Shown here: positions 45,318 to 55,155 of the stretch, in pieces | Layout: each line of letters starts with the position of its first letter | How positions within the stretch are numbered: the first letter of the stretch is position 1 | The notes under the pieces: model-generated | Seen by the model: the letters and a program-made list of their open reading frames with translations, nothing else | Told to the model about the DNA's origin: nothing | Database searches by the model: none | Made by a program: the position numbers and the translations under genes | NCBI GenBank assembly: GCA_965223905.1 | Contig: CBDCXV010000011.1 | Span: forward strand, 288,001 to 352,000 | Direction: 5' to 3' | Length of the DNA stretch: 64,000 nt | Source: Candidatus Latescibacterota bacterium | GTDB taxonomy: Bacteria; Latescibacterota; UBA2968; UBA8231

Positions 45318-46652
45318 CTACCTAAGTTTTTTCTGATTAAGTTTTTCTGATTTGGGTGTTTTCTCGCTGTTCTGCAGCGAGAAATCCTCAACAGTGGTCA
45401 ATGCGATCCGAGGACTGCGGCTAACATCGGGCGCTTCCGCGGAACGCGCCACGGCGATATCTAGCGCCAAGTATCCAGCGAACACTCCCGCCAGCACCCC
45501 GGCCCCGACCCCCCCTTCAAATGCGTTGAACAGCATCAGTGCAGCCAGAAGCGAGAGCTGCTCCGATTCGATGAGGTTTGCCCCAGGATGACGAGAACCG
45601 GTGGACCCCCTTCGCGACAGTAGCTTGACGACCGAGGCCGAGATGAATTTCACGGCTGGACGCAGCAGGACGACCACCGCCAACGTAATGGCGAACGATT
45701 CCCAGTCGATTCCAGCAGCCTGAAGCCGGTTACCGAGAAGCCAACCCAGGGCCAGTGGCAGACCGAAGCGGGCAAGTGGTCGGCTGCGTTCGACGACCCG
45801 GAGGATGTCGAGTCGCCTGAGAGTGCAGTTGATCAACCAGATGCCGGCCAACGCCCCCGTCCAGAGCGGCTGCAGACCAAGGGCCCCCGACATGCCGGCA
45901 CCGACGAAAGCAAAGGTTGCCAGGAGGAAGAAAAGGGGCCCGGCAGGGTGATGTTCGCGCGAGGCAAGATCGCAGAGCAGGCCGATGAACCCGCCTAGTA
46001 CAGATCCCCATAAAATTTTTTCAACCCCCTCTATTGCAATATTTTGAGAGAATCTTGAATAGGGTGAAATCAGCTCGAAGACAGGGGCCGGCACAAGCGT
46101 CGAAGCCACCCCGAGAGAGGCGATGGCTGCCACTGCTGAAAGGGATGGGTGCCGGAATTCCCGGCGATGCGCAGCCCGAAACGAACCGCGGCGTTGCCAG
46201 ATCGAGGATGGACCCGCAATGCATACCGCGGCCAGAACCAGGGCTGCGGCCGGGGTAGCCAAGTTCCCACCGACTCCCGGAACCCTGCTCAGGGTGTACA
46301 GAAAGAGGGGTACCAGTACCAGGGCGATGAGGGATTGATATAGGCCGGGGAGCAAGCCTGAACCCCCTGCAAGGCGAAGGACGCGGAAATCCAGAACACA
46401 ACCGCAGGTAAAGCCGATCCATCCTGCGAAAAAGAGGGAAACCAGGGCCGCGGCATCCCCAAGGCCGGACAGCCATGGCATTCCGCTACAGCCCAAAAGG
46501 AGCCCGACCAGGGCGCATAAATGGCGTTCACAGACAACCGCGGCAATCCCCGGACTGGCGGCCTCCCGCAGCAACGAGTTGCGTACCACATACCCTCCGT
46601 ACGCTGCTACGATGGCGGCGGCGACCAGAAATGCCGGGGCCAGCGAGGACAT
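45318..46652 (-). CDS. Multi-pass membrane protein, possibly cation:proton antiporter-like
   Basis: About 12 hydrophobic segments; abuts the upstream gene. Confidence 0.6.
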   Translation of the reverse strand: MSSLAPAFLVAAAIVAAYGGYVVRNSLLREAASPGIAAVVCERHLCALVGLLLGCSGMPWLSGLGDAAALVSLFFAGWIGFTCGCVLDFRVLRLAGGSGLLPGLYQSLIALVLVPLFLYTLSRVPGVGGNLATPAAALVLAAVCIAGPSSIWQRRGSFRAAHRREFRHPSLSAVAAIASLGVASTLVPAPVFELISPYSRFSQNIAIEGVEKILWGSVLGGFIGLLCDLASREHHPAGPLFFLLATFAFVGAGMSGALGLQPLWTGALAGIWLINCTLRRLDILRVVERSRPLARFGLPLALGWLLGNRLQAAGIDWESFAITLAVVVLLRPAVKFISASVVKLLSRRGSTGSRHPGANLIESEQLSLLAALMLFNAFEGGVGAGVLAGVFAGYLALDIAVARSAEAPDVSRSPRIALTTVEDFSLQNSEKTPKSEKLNQKKLR

Positions 46653-47516
46653 TCAGACCGCCCCATCTATCGGCTGTCCCGTGTCGAGGTCGAGATTGGC
46701 GAGATCGGCAAACCGCCTGGGCAAGGCGTCGGCAAAGTCGCTCAGGGCAGCCCGACCACCCGTCATCATGCGGTGCGTCGCCTCTTCACTCGGCCGTTTC
46801 GGGTTTACGAGGCCTGCCGCATTTTCGAAGAATTCGATCGGCGCCAGGAAGCGGCCCAGTGCCCGGGCGAAAGGAGCTGTAAGGCCCCCTGCAAGTCCTG
46901 CCGCAGGGCTGTGTCCGGCCGGCTTGGCGGACCCCGTCCACTTGAAGATTGCCGGCATTCTTCCGACCCAGCTCGCCAGTGAACGCCATCCGCGACAAAT
47001 GACTACGTCGTCGGCCAATGCGGGAAAATGCTCGCGCGCCGCCTGTGTGAGCTGACACTCTTCTCCCGTCCGCAGCGGCATATCGATCTCTACCGCCCAC
47101 TCCGCAGCGGAGCTTTTTTCCAGGACATGGCAGTCCAACCCCCACTCCAGGCTCTTGTGCCACAGGTCGGACCGCCTACTCAGTGCCCCACTGCCTGCGG
47201 CGGCAAGCGCGACCTCCTCGTTTATCAATGGGTGAATCCGAATGTCGGTGTAAAGGTGGAGGGCCCACCCGGCCGCGAAGGCCTCCTCTGCCGGGGTTCG
47301 CGACAGGAAGAGGAGATGCCTGGCGAAGTCACCGGTGCTCTCGTGGTGAATGCGGTGGGAAAGGCGCCGGGGGCCGCCGGGGAAAAAACCGATATCGGGA
47401 GCTACCGATCCGGCCTGGAATGCGGTCAGAAGCAGGCCGTCTTCCTTCGGGTTTCCTGTCGCCAGCGCGGGGAACGCGCGGCGGGCGAGCCACAGGTGAT
47501 AGACGCTTCCAGCCAA
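46653..47516 (-). CDS. Zinc-dependent phospholipase C family protein
   Basis: N-terminal H, GSVAPD, HH, GWALHLYTD..IHP and H..LE...D. Confidence 0.75.
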   Translation of the reverse strand: MAGSVYHLWLARRAFPALATGNPKEDGLLLTAFQAGSVAPDIGFFPGGPRRLSHRIHHESTGDFARHLLFLSRTPAEEAFAAGWALHLYTDIRIHPLINEEVALAAAGSGALSRRSDLWHKSLEWGLDCHVLEKSSAAEWAVEIDMPLRTGEECQLTQAAREHFPALADDVVICRGWRSLASWVGRMPAIFKWTGSAKPAGHSPAAGLAGGLTAPFARALGRFLAPIEFFENAAGLVNPKRPSEEATHRMMTGGRAALSDFADALPRRFADLANLDLDTGQPIDGAV

Positions 47517-47576
47517 TCGGGCAACCCGATACGAAACGCCGCCGGTGACACCCCGTGGGCCGGCGAGCGGAGGGAG

Positions 47577-48050
47577 TCAGAACGGGAGGTCGTCGGCGGC
47601 GTCGGTTCCACTCCCTTGGGCGAACCCCGAACCGCCGGAGTTCCCACCCCCTATCTCAGGGGGAGGAGCGGGGGGAACCGGCGGCCCCCCGGCGGCACCC
47701 TCAGCTTGCTCCCCACGACCGTCGAGCATCTGCATGTCGTTGACGACGATTTCCGTGGTGTAGCGCTTCTGGCCGTTCTGGTCCTCCCAGGACCGGGTCT
47801 CGATCCTGCCTTCGACATAGACCTTGCTTCCCTTGCGCAGGTACTGTCCTACGATCTCCGCCAGCTTTCTCCAGAAGACCAGGCGATGCCACTCGGTCCT
47901 TTCCTGCCGTTCCCCGTTGCGGTCGGTCCAGGATTCGTTGGTCGCCAGACTGACGTTGGCTACCGGGACGCCGCTCGGCGTGTACTTCACTTCCGGGTCG
48001 GAACCGAGGTTGCCGACCAGGATCGCTTTGTTGACACCCCCTCGGGACAT
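47577..48050 (-). CDS. ssb: Single-stranded DNA-binding protein
   Basis: [27 protein letters not shown] and C-terminal DDLPF. Confidence 0.97.
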   Translation of the reverse strand: MSRGGVNKAILVGNLGSDPEVKYTPSGVPVANVSLATNESWTDRNGERQERTEWHRLVFWRKLAEIVGQYLRKGSKVYVEGRIETRSWEDQNGQKRYTTEIVVNDMQMLDGRGEQAEGAAGGPPVPPAPPPEIGGGNSGGSGFAQGSGTDAADDLPF

Positions 48051-48361
48051 TGGAAACTCTCCTTTCCTCGCAAACCAACCCGAGTCCGCGAGGGCCGCCA
48101 CATCGCGAGCATGGACCGGTGGAGTTTATGTTCCGAGGTACGTAAACCGGTCGGTGAAACCGGGTCAAGAGATGCGTCCCGCAGTCCCTCAACGGATCTT
48201 CGCGGGCTTTCCCCTTGCCGATTCGTCCCGGCCGCGGCCTTTCACCCAATGCTCCAGTTCCACCTGGTAGGGGCTGATCGCACACCCGAGTGCCTTCGAT
48301 TCTACATAGTCGCACGCCACATCACCTCAGCCCGATCACCCTCAATTAGCGGGAAGCCATC

Positions 48362-49477
48362 ATGAGCACTCCAACCATGTACCATCGCCTGGGACTGCGT
48401 CCCTTCATAAACGCCCGGGGCACCATAACCACCCTGGGCGGCTCGATCATGCCCCCGGAGGTGGTCGGAGCGATGGTCGAGGCTTCTCGGCAGTTCGTAC
48501 ACCTCAACGAGTTGCACGAAAAGGCGGGTGCCCGCATCGCCCGGCTCACCGGAGCGGAAGGGGCATTCATTTCGGCCGGAGCGGCCTCGGGCATGTTCCT
48601 GGCCGGCGCCGCTTGCCTCACCGGCGAGGACCCCGAAGCAGTCAGCCGTCTCCCCGATACCTTGGGACGCGCCAACGAGTTCGTGATCTCCCTTGTTGAC
48701 GGCCACTACTACGTGCACCAGGGGTTCCAGGTGTGCGGAGGCACCCTGGTCAAGGTTGGCACCCCCCAATCCGTACGCGCCCGGGACTATGCCGACGGGA
48801 TCTCCGAGCGCACCGCGGCTTGCGTCTTCTTCCTGGGCAGCCAGTGCCGCGAGCAACTACCCGAGATCATCGAGTTGAGCCATGCCCGCGGAGTGCCCGT
48901 CATCGTCGATGCCGCGGCCCAGCTTCCTCCGCGCGCCAATCTGACCGAGCTGACCGCCATGGGAGCCGATCTGGTGATCTTCAGCGGAGGCAAGGGTCTT
49001 TCCGGGCCGCAGTCCACGGGCCTGATCCTGGGCAGGGCGAACCTGGTGCGTGCCTGCCGTATCAACAGCAATCCCCACTCGGCGGTGGGACGCGGCATGA
49101 AGGTGGGCAAGGAGGAAATATGCGGGCTGTTAAAGGCCGTGGAACTGTTCTTCGAGCAGGATGAGGAGGCTGTTGTTGCCGAGTGGGTGCGCCGCTGCCA
49201 CCTGATCGCCGAAGCCGTGGCCGGTATCCCGGGGGTAGAGCCGGACTACCAGCCACCCTACGCCAACCAGTTTCCTCCCGCCTCCCCCCTGATTCACCTC
49301 GTCTTCGGCCCACACGCACCCATGACCGCGGACCAAATGGCCCGGGAGCTTGAAGCAGGGGAGCCGTCGGTAATGGCCGGGTGCGCCCGGAATGGGGTGA
49401 GTGTGGGGCCACAAACCTTGCAGGATGGGGAAGCTGAGATCATCGCAGCGCGGCTGCGGGCGATTCTGTCCGGGTGA
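48362..49477 (+). CDS. SelA-like PLP-dependent enzyme (DgaE-like)
   Basis: INARGTITTLGGS, VDAAA, FSGGK..GPQ and RGMKVGKEE. Confidence 0.85.
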   Translation: MSTPTMYHRLGLRPFINARGTITTLGGSIMPPEVVGAMVEASRQFVHLNELHEKAGARIARLTGAEGAFISAGAASGMFLAGAACLTGEDPEAVSRLPDTLGRANEFVISLVDGHYYVHQGFQVCGGTLVKVGTPQSVRARDYADGISERTAACVFFLGSQCREQLPEIIELSHARGVPVIVDAAAQLPPRANLTELTAMGADLVIFSGGKGLSGPQSTGLILGRANLVRACRINSNPHSAVGRGMKVGKEEICGLLKAVELFFEQDEEAVVAEWVRRCHLIAEAVAGIPGVEPDYQPPYANQFPPASPLIHLVFGPHAPMTADQMARELEAGEPSVMAGCARNGVSVGPQTLQDGEAEIIAARLRAILSG

Positions 49478-49558
49478 GTTTCCGCCAGAGTGATTTATGA
49501 AGCAGGCGCCGCGAATCGAGGGCGGCACAAGCCATACAGACAACCACAGGAGCCATTC

Positions 49559-50068
49559 ATGCACCTCAAGCATATGCGTCCCAACCAGCTAAGCGACATG
49601 GTCGCCGGGGGGAACCCTCTCCTGGTCCCGGCCGGCTGCATCGAGACCCACGGCCCGCACATGGCGATTGGCCACGACACCCTCATCGTCGAGGAAATCT
49701 GCGACCGCGTCGCCGCGCGCACCCCCTGCGCAATTGCCCCCTCCTTCGACTACGGCCCCACCGGCTACGCTCTTGGCGGCCCCGGGGACGGCACCATCGA
49801 TCCGGACTACGACTCGTTTGGCCGCTATGTCAAGAGCATCCTCCGCAACTTCGTCGAGATGGGCTTTCGCAAGACCTACGTAATCGTCATGCACCAGGGG
49901 ATGGGCGGCCCCCTGGCCCTGTCTTTCAGCAAAGCCTCCGCTCACGCCCCCTGGTACTGCCTTCAGGACGAAGAGAAAAACAGCCGCACGGCCAACGCCC
50001 GACACGGCCGGGAGATGTTGAACGCCGTGGTCCACACCTGGGTCGCCAAAATCGATCGGGAGCGCTGA
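49559..50068 (+). pseudogene. Creatininase family protein, probably internally deleted
   Basis: PAGCIETHGPH..GHD and MHQG are present, the later HA..E motif region is absent, and the product is about 170 aa. Confidence 0.65.
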
Positions 50069-50209
50069 GGACACCCGGGTCGATTTCTGTCTCCTTTTTT
50101 CGCTCACGCGGCCTCACGCGCATCCCGGATCCGTAGGGGACCCTCCGACCGGACCTCCCAACAAGGTCCCGGAGAGTACCCCTGATGGGACCCTTACGAT
50201 GTCTCCTGC

Positions 50210-50238
50210 TTGACATTCCGCGCCTCCATTGCTATCCT
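50210..50238 (+). promoter_or_regulatory. sigma70-type promoter upstream of ftsA
   Basis: TTGACA-17 bp-TATCCT with an extended -10 TG. Confidence 0.65.
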
Positions 50239-50477
50239 GAACGAAGGCGCGACAGATTAAGAAGGCCGCGGAAAGTCTCCCTTTCCCCGGCATTTTTTTA
50301 CCCCTTCTGGCGCGATCTCCTCCCGATTCCCCCGGGGTTCTCCCCCGCCTCAACCAGTCAAGCCGGGCGCGCCACCAAACGCCTTGGCAGAGGTCGGATT
50401 CCGACTTCCCAATCGCGTTCTCAAGGTCGAATCGGACTTTCACTGCCGGTTACTTGGGCCGCGTAGAAACATCGCTC

Positions 50478-51695
50478 ATGGGATCTCCTGTAGTTGTGCT
50501 CGACATCGGCGCCTCAAAGGTCCACTGCTTGGTGGGTGAGGCTGTCGATGAGGTCGGGCTAAAAATAATCGGAATGGGGTTGAGCCCGTGTGAGGGAATC
50601 CGTCGAACCGTCGTCATCGACATGCCGAAAATGGTGGAGGCGATTCGTTCCGCCGTACGCGAGGCGGAGCGCTCCGCCGGCCTAAAGATCGTCGGCGCCT
50701 ACGTCGGCGTGGCCGGCGAGGATATTGAAACACACACAAATCGGGGCGCCGTAGCCATTTCCGGAAGCTCCAACCCCATCGACGAAAACGATGTCCAGAG
50801 AGCCCTTGCGGCCGCGGAAGAAGCCTCCTCTCCTCCCGGAAGCGCGACCGTTCTTCATCGGTTCGTGCAGAACTACACCCTCGACGGCGAACACGTGCAG
50901 AATCCGCTCTGGCTCCACGGCAGCCGCCTCGAGGTGGAAACGCTCAGCGCAACTGCCCCGGCGCACGTATGCACGACGCTGCGGCGCGCCGTTTCCCAGG
51001 CCGGCGTCGACATCGCCGGCTTCATCCTGGAGGCAGTCGCCGTGGGTTCGGCGCTGCTGTCGGTGGACGAAAGGGAAATGGGAGTCGGCATTCTCGACAT
51101 CGGCGCTGGAACTTCAGACCTGTCGATATATCGCGGATCGTTCAGGTATCTCGCCGAGATCCCCTTCGGAGGAGAGGACATCACAAAAGACCTCTCCGTC
51201 GTTCTCAACATGTCGCCGCGAGAGGCCGAGGGATTGAAGCGCGAAGAGGGTTGCGTCCGCTGCCCGGCAGAGTCGGCCGATGAAGCGGTTTCATTCAGTA
51301 CCACAGCAGGACGGCCGCATACCCTGGTCAGACATCAGCTCAGCGCGGTCATCGAAGCGCGCCAGCAGGAGATTCTGGAGTTCGCAGCCAAGGAGATTAA
51401 GCATTCCCAGCAGGGGCATCTCATCTCAGCGGGCATGGTTCTGACAGGAGGCGGTGCACTGCTGGGCAACCTCGACAAGCTGGGGGAAGAGGTTCTGGGA
51501 ATGCCGGTCAGGATCGGTTCACCCCAGGATGTCGTGGCCCTGGAAGCCTCGGACCCCACCTTCTCCACCCCCGTCGGATTACTGCGTTTCGCCACCGAGC
51601 AGCACGATTCACCTGGCAGCATACTGCCCGCCGGTTCTGGCCGCCGCGGCGGATTTTTCGGCCGCCTCACTAGGATTTTCAGCTTCCTTACGTAA
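50478..51695 (+). CDS. ftsA: Cell division protein FtsA
   Basis: LDIGASKV, DIGAGTS, GGEDITKDL, LTGGGA and a C-terminal amphipathic helix FFGRLTRIFSFL. Confidence 0.93.
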   Translation: MGSPVVVLDIGASKVHCLVGEAVDEVGLKIIGMGLSPCEGIRRTVVIDMPKMVEAIRSAVREAERSAGLKIVGAYVGVAGEDIETHTNRGAVAISGSSNPIDENDVQRALAAAEEASSPPGSATVLHRFVQNYTLDGEHVQNPLWLHGSRLEVETLSATAPAHVCTTLRRAVSQAGVDIAGFILEAVAVGSALLSVDEREMGVGILDIGAGTSDLSIYRGSFRYLAEIPFGGEDITKDLSVVLNMSPREAEGLKREEGCVRCPAESADEAVSFSTTAGRPHTLVRHQLSAVIEARQQEILEFAAKEIKHSQQGHLISAGMVLTGGGALLGNLDKLGEEVLGMPVRIGSPQDVVALEASDPTFSTPVGLLRFATEQHDSPGSILPAGSGRRGGFFGRLTRIFSFLT

Positions 51696-51805
51696 GAGTA
51701 CCGAGTTGCTGGATTCGAAGCCTGCTTCTGTCGCTTCGTTGACAGAATCCGCGGTGCCTGCGAATATTGGCTGACGCCGCGAGGTGCGGCGCCAGCCAAT
51801 CGACT

Positions 51806-51881
51806 GCCACCCTAGCTCAGTTGGTAGAGCAACTCACTCGTAATGAGTAGGTCGCCGGTTCGAATCCGGCGGGTGGCTCCA
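51806..51881 (+). tRNA. tRNA-Thr (CGT)
   Basis: GCCACCCTAGCTCAGTTGGTAGAGCAACTCACTCGTAATGAGTAGGTCGCCGGTTCGAATCCGGCGGGTGGCTCCA. Confidence 0.97.
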
Positions 51882-51949
51882 ATAAAAACAACAACTTACG
51901 TACTTTCTTGTCAGACGGCGAGTAAGGCCGTGTCAGTATAATGTCAGTA
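51882..51949 (+). other. Putative att arm after tRNA-Thr (IHF-like site plus direct repeats)
   Basis: AAACAACAACTTA (WATCAR-N4-TTR-like), then TGTCAG(AC/TA) three times at 51910, 51931 and 51942. Confidence 0.55.
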
Positions 51950-51970
51950 GACTGGAGGGAATGACAGGGC

Positions 51971-52549
51971 ATGCGGATAAGGATGGCAGTAGCTCTGATC
52001 CTGGCGCTGCTGGGCTTTGCCGGGCTGGGCTGGGCGGAAACTTGGATGGGGCTTGAGATTGCCCCGGAGGATCGGTGCTCCCCATACGACCGGGACAAAG
52101 ATTACCCTTACTCACAGTCCTTGGAGCCTCAGATCCTGGAGCGAATGGGCGGGGAGATCCGATGCCGATATACCGACCAAGTCTACGACAGCTTGAAAGA
52201 GACTGACATCGAGCACGTGGTCGCAGTTAGCGAAGCCCACGACTCCGGTCTCTGTGCCGCCGACGCGGAGACCAAGAGGACATTCAGCAGCGACCTGGAC
52301 AACCTCACCCTGGCCGATCCGGACGTGAACCGCTACGAGAAGGCCGGCAAGGATGCTGCGGAATGGCTACCGGAGCTCAACCTGCTTTGGTACGTGGAGA
52401 CCATCATCAAGGTGAAGAAGAAGTACAGTCTTACGGTGGACCGGGCAGAAATGGAGGCGCTCAAGGGAGTGCTGGAGGATGTGGAGACGGCCATCCGAGC
52501 ATGTTCCTTTGGGGCCGTGAAGGACGAACACTTGAAGGAAACCCGATGA
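51971..52549 (+). CDS. Secreted DUF1524/HNH-like endonuclease
   Basis: Signal peptide, [20 protein letters not shown]...N..K..D.AEWLP and KKKYSLTVD..E..AL. Confidence 0.8.
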   Translation: MRIRMAVALILALLGFAGLGWAETWMGLEIAPEDRCSPYDRDKDYPYSQSLEPQILERMGGEIRCRYTDQVYDSLKETDIEHVVAVSEAHDSGLCAADAETKRTFSSDLDNLTLADPDVNRYEKAGKDAAEWLPELNLLWYVETIIKVKKKYSLTVDRAEMEALKGVLEDVETAIRACSFGAVKDEHLKETR

Positions 52550-53097
52550 TATACCCCCTCAAGGCACACTCTTTCTACATCCCATAATTTCGTATAACAC
52601 AATAAAGGGACTGCCGCGGGAGCCCTTGGTAGGTCAGGACGTTCTCTTGTCCTCTCGACTCACTCAAGGCCCTGCCACTTCGGGCCTCGTCCAGGTCGAC
52701 TCCGGCCTCCACGAGGGAGCGTAGCGCCTACGCCCTTCCGGTCACGTCCGAACACGGTCAGGCGGGACAGGGTAACCGTTAAGCCCGGCCGGTCCAGCTT
52801 GTAGCGGACCTCTTAGACCATCCCCTCAAGCACGTGCAGCACCACGGTTGCGTATGCGCGTCGGAAATGTTCTCGAGCACCCCCCATCCCCAGAGCTCGA
52901 GAACAGCCCGGGCGGAATGCTGAAGGAAACCAGGACCCGCTGATACGCGGAATCCCACAGCAGCGCGCCGGTTCGGCCGTGAGGTTGCGCGGCTGCCAAT
53001 CGGACGACCCGGTTGCCCCAACACCACCCTGCTGTCGCGGGCGCTTTCCACGACGCCGTGGCCTAAATGTCCCGTGCGCTCTCCGTGGAGGTATCGC

Positions 53098-53179
53098 CCA
53101 CCAGAAAATCAGTCCAACATATTGATTATTCTGCACTTACTAAAATTGTAAAAATGGAGTTATGCCTGGTGTTATCACA
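53098..53179 (+). repeat. att-like composite arm, copy 1
   Basis: CCACCA-N11-CAACATATTGATTATTCTGCACTTAC-N15-GGAGTTAT-N7-GTTATCACA. Confidence 0.7.
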
Positions 53180-53244
53180 TGCCGAATAGCCTGGAAGAGA
53201 TCTGATTCCGTGTCGATGGCCGTGCGCCCCCGAAGACGCCGCCT

Positions 53245-53326
53245 CCACCAAACAACTAAGACAACTTGTTGAATTTAAACAACTTATGCAGGTTGGCAAA
53301 CTGGGGTTATACTTTCTGTTATCACA
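53245..53326 (+). repeat. att-like composite arm, copy 2
   Basis: CCACCA-N11-CAACTTGTTGAATTTAAACAACTTAT-N15-GGGGTTAT-N7-GTTATCACA; preceded by CGCCGCCT, giving a tmRNA-like 3' end. Confidence 0.7.
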
Positions 53327-53499
53327 TTGGATGGAGGAACAGCAAAAGAATACCTTCCGTGGCCTGAAAACCACCCAGAAAGCCGCTTGGCATCTGTACT
53401 TGTCAACGGAGGATTTGGGTGTCAACGACTGCCCATTACGGCGGATTCGGCTACCGATGGCTCTCGATGTCGGTGGGAGTAGCAAGAGAGCGGGCATTA

Positions 53500-54041
53500 C
53501 GGTGCCCTGAGTGGCGAAGATCGGGGCAAGCCGTCGACCTTCTTGTAGGTCCAGGGGGTGATCGGCGGCGCGTGACGGGCCACCATGTCGGCCGACTCCT
53601 CTCCAATCGCGGCTTCCACTGTCCGGACAAGGCATCGAGCCGCTGCCGCAGGATGGCCGCGGACGGCACCGCATCCAGGCCCAGCGCCTGGCAGAAAAAG
53701 GGGTCGGTACGAAATCCTTCCACGGCCTCGAAATCCGGCTTGCCCAGCGCCAGCAAACCGATCATCGACGCCATCACGTCGCCGTGAGAAACCTCGGGCT
53801 GAGGACGCTCCGCCAAGGTGATCTCATCCACCCGCGCGGCTAGGCGCGTGCACCCCATCAAGGCCCCGATCAAGGCCAAAACCCGAATGCGAGGTCAGCG
53901 CTTCTTCGCCCTGCGTAATGTGAAACGAAACCGGTCTCAAGAATTCACCTCCAGGGTGAGTCCAAATCCTCCTCTACTATATACCCTGGATTCCCCTCCG
54001 AAAACAACCGAAAATCTGGCTCTTGACTTCACGGATTCAGG
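53500..54041 (-). mobile_element. IS1380-family transposase 5' fragment
   Basis: LALIGAL...GLLALGKPDFEAV...DPFFCQALGL..VPS...LRQRLD; element end CCTGAATCC at 54041; no partner end found. Confidence 0.75.
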
Positions 54042-54317
54042 ATGAATACGATTTGGATGAGGTCCTTGGGGATGAACTAACAGGATGGATGATGGATATT
54101 TATCCCGGATCCGAGGTTAATCCCCATATACTTCCGGAGCCAGGTACGCAAGAAACGCTATGGAAAAGCCGATGCCCGAGGACAGATTGAAACCGAGTCA
54201 GCATCGACCAGCGCCCGGCCATCGTCGAGTGCGGTTTCGGGTGCTCTCGCCGTGGTCGGCCGGGAAACCGCGATGTCAGCCGGCAAGGTTCCCTAACATG
54301 ACGATGGGGAAAATAAA

Positions 54318-55013
54318 GTGACGCGCGACACTCCGAACCGTGGAGCCGCGGACTGCGGCTTGGTGGCTCGTCTGTCCGAAGACGCGCTCAAGGTGCAACG
54401 CTATTTTCCGACGCTCATTTTTTCTCTGGAAGTTCCGGGCAGCGAGATTCTGAACGCCCACCTGATCGAGGCGATCTACGCCGAACGAGAACGCGACAGA
54501 ACAGGGGTGCGCAAGTCGAACTTCCCGGAGCTGGGGAGTTGGCACAGCCACGTCAAGCTGCACAAGGACGTCACGTTTGCGGGATTGGTTGAATACGTCG
54601 ACGCGGCCTCGGCCATGATGTGCCGTGAGCTCGGATATCACAGGTCCTATCAACTGAGAATCGGCACCATGTGGTCGATCATCAATCCACCGGGTGGCGT
54701 GAACCGGGCTCATATCCATCCCGGCTGCATCTGGAGCGGCGTCTACTACGTCCAGGCACCCAGGAATTCGGGTGGAATCGAGTTCATCGATCCGCGCACC
54801 CAGAACCTGATGAGTCCCGTCGAATACATCCCCGACACCAAGCGCCCACGAATCTGCTGGACGAAGGTCCAATACAAACCCGTGGCCGGAAAAATGCTGG
54901 TCTTCCCGAGTTGGCTGTACCATAGCGTGGGTCCGAATCGATCCAGGGCCAAGGGGAAGGACGCCGATCGGATCATCGTGAGCTTCAACCTGTCTCAGGA
55001 AAGGCGCAGATAG
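54318..55013 (+). CDS. 2OG-Fe(II) oxygenase, TIGR02466 family
   Basis: WSIIN, HIHPG..WSGVYYV, F.DPR, FPSWLYHSV and RIIVSFN. Confidence 0.88.
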   Translation: MTRDTPNRGAADCGLVARLSEDALKVQRYFPTLIFSLEVPGSEILNAHLIEAIYAERERDRTGVRKSNFPELGSWHSHVKLHKDVTFAGLVEYVDAASAMMCRELGYHRSYQLRIGTMWSIINPPGGVNRAHIHPGCIWSGVYYVQAPRNSGGIEFIDPRTQNLMSPVEYIPDTKRPRICWTKVQYKPVAGKMLVFPSWLYHSVGPNRSRAKGKDADRIIVSFNLSQERRR

Positions 55014-55155
55014 TCACGCACGGAAGCTGCGGTAAGGCGCCGGTACGTCGCTGCTATGGGATTTCGTAAACGGCTTCTATTATTGCGGGTTGTAGCACCA
55101 TCATAATCATATATTTTCTCTCGGAGTTGTCCTTCTTCCCCAAGAGGAGCCAGAA

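Noticed and set aside
48362-49477. True selA and a selenocysteine system
   Set aside because: The protein is the short SelA-like type, with no selB, selD or tRNA-Sec nearby.
52584-52600. ATAATTTCGTATAAC resembling a loxP arm or XerC half-site
   Set aside because: No partner arm lies at the required spacing.
52600-53095. Possible coding remnant before arm copy 1
   Set aside because: There is no consistent frame or motif.
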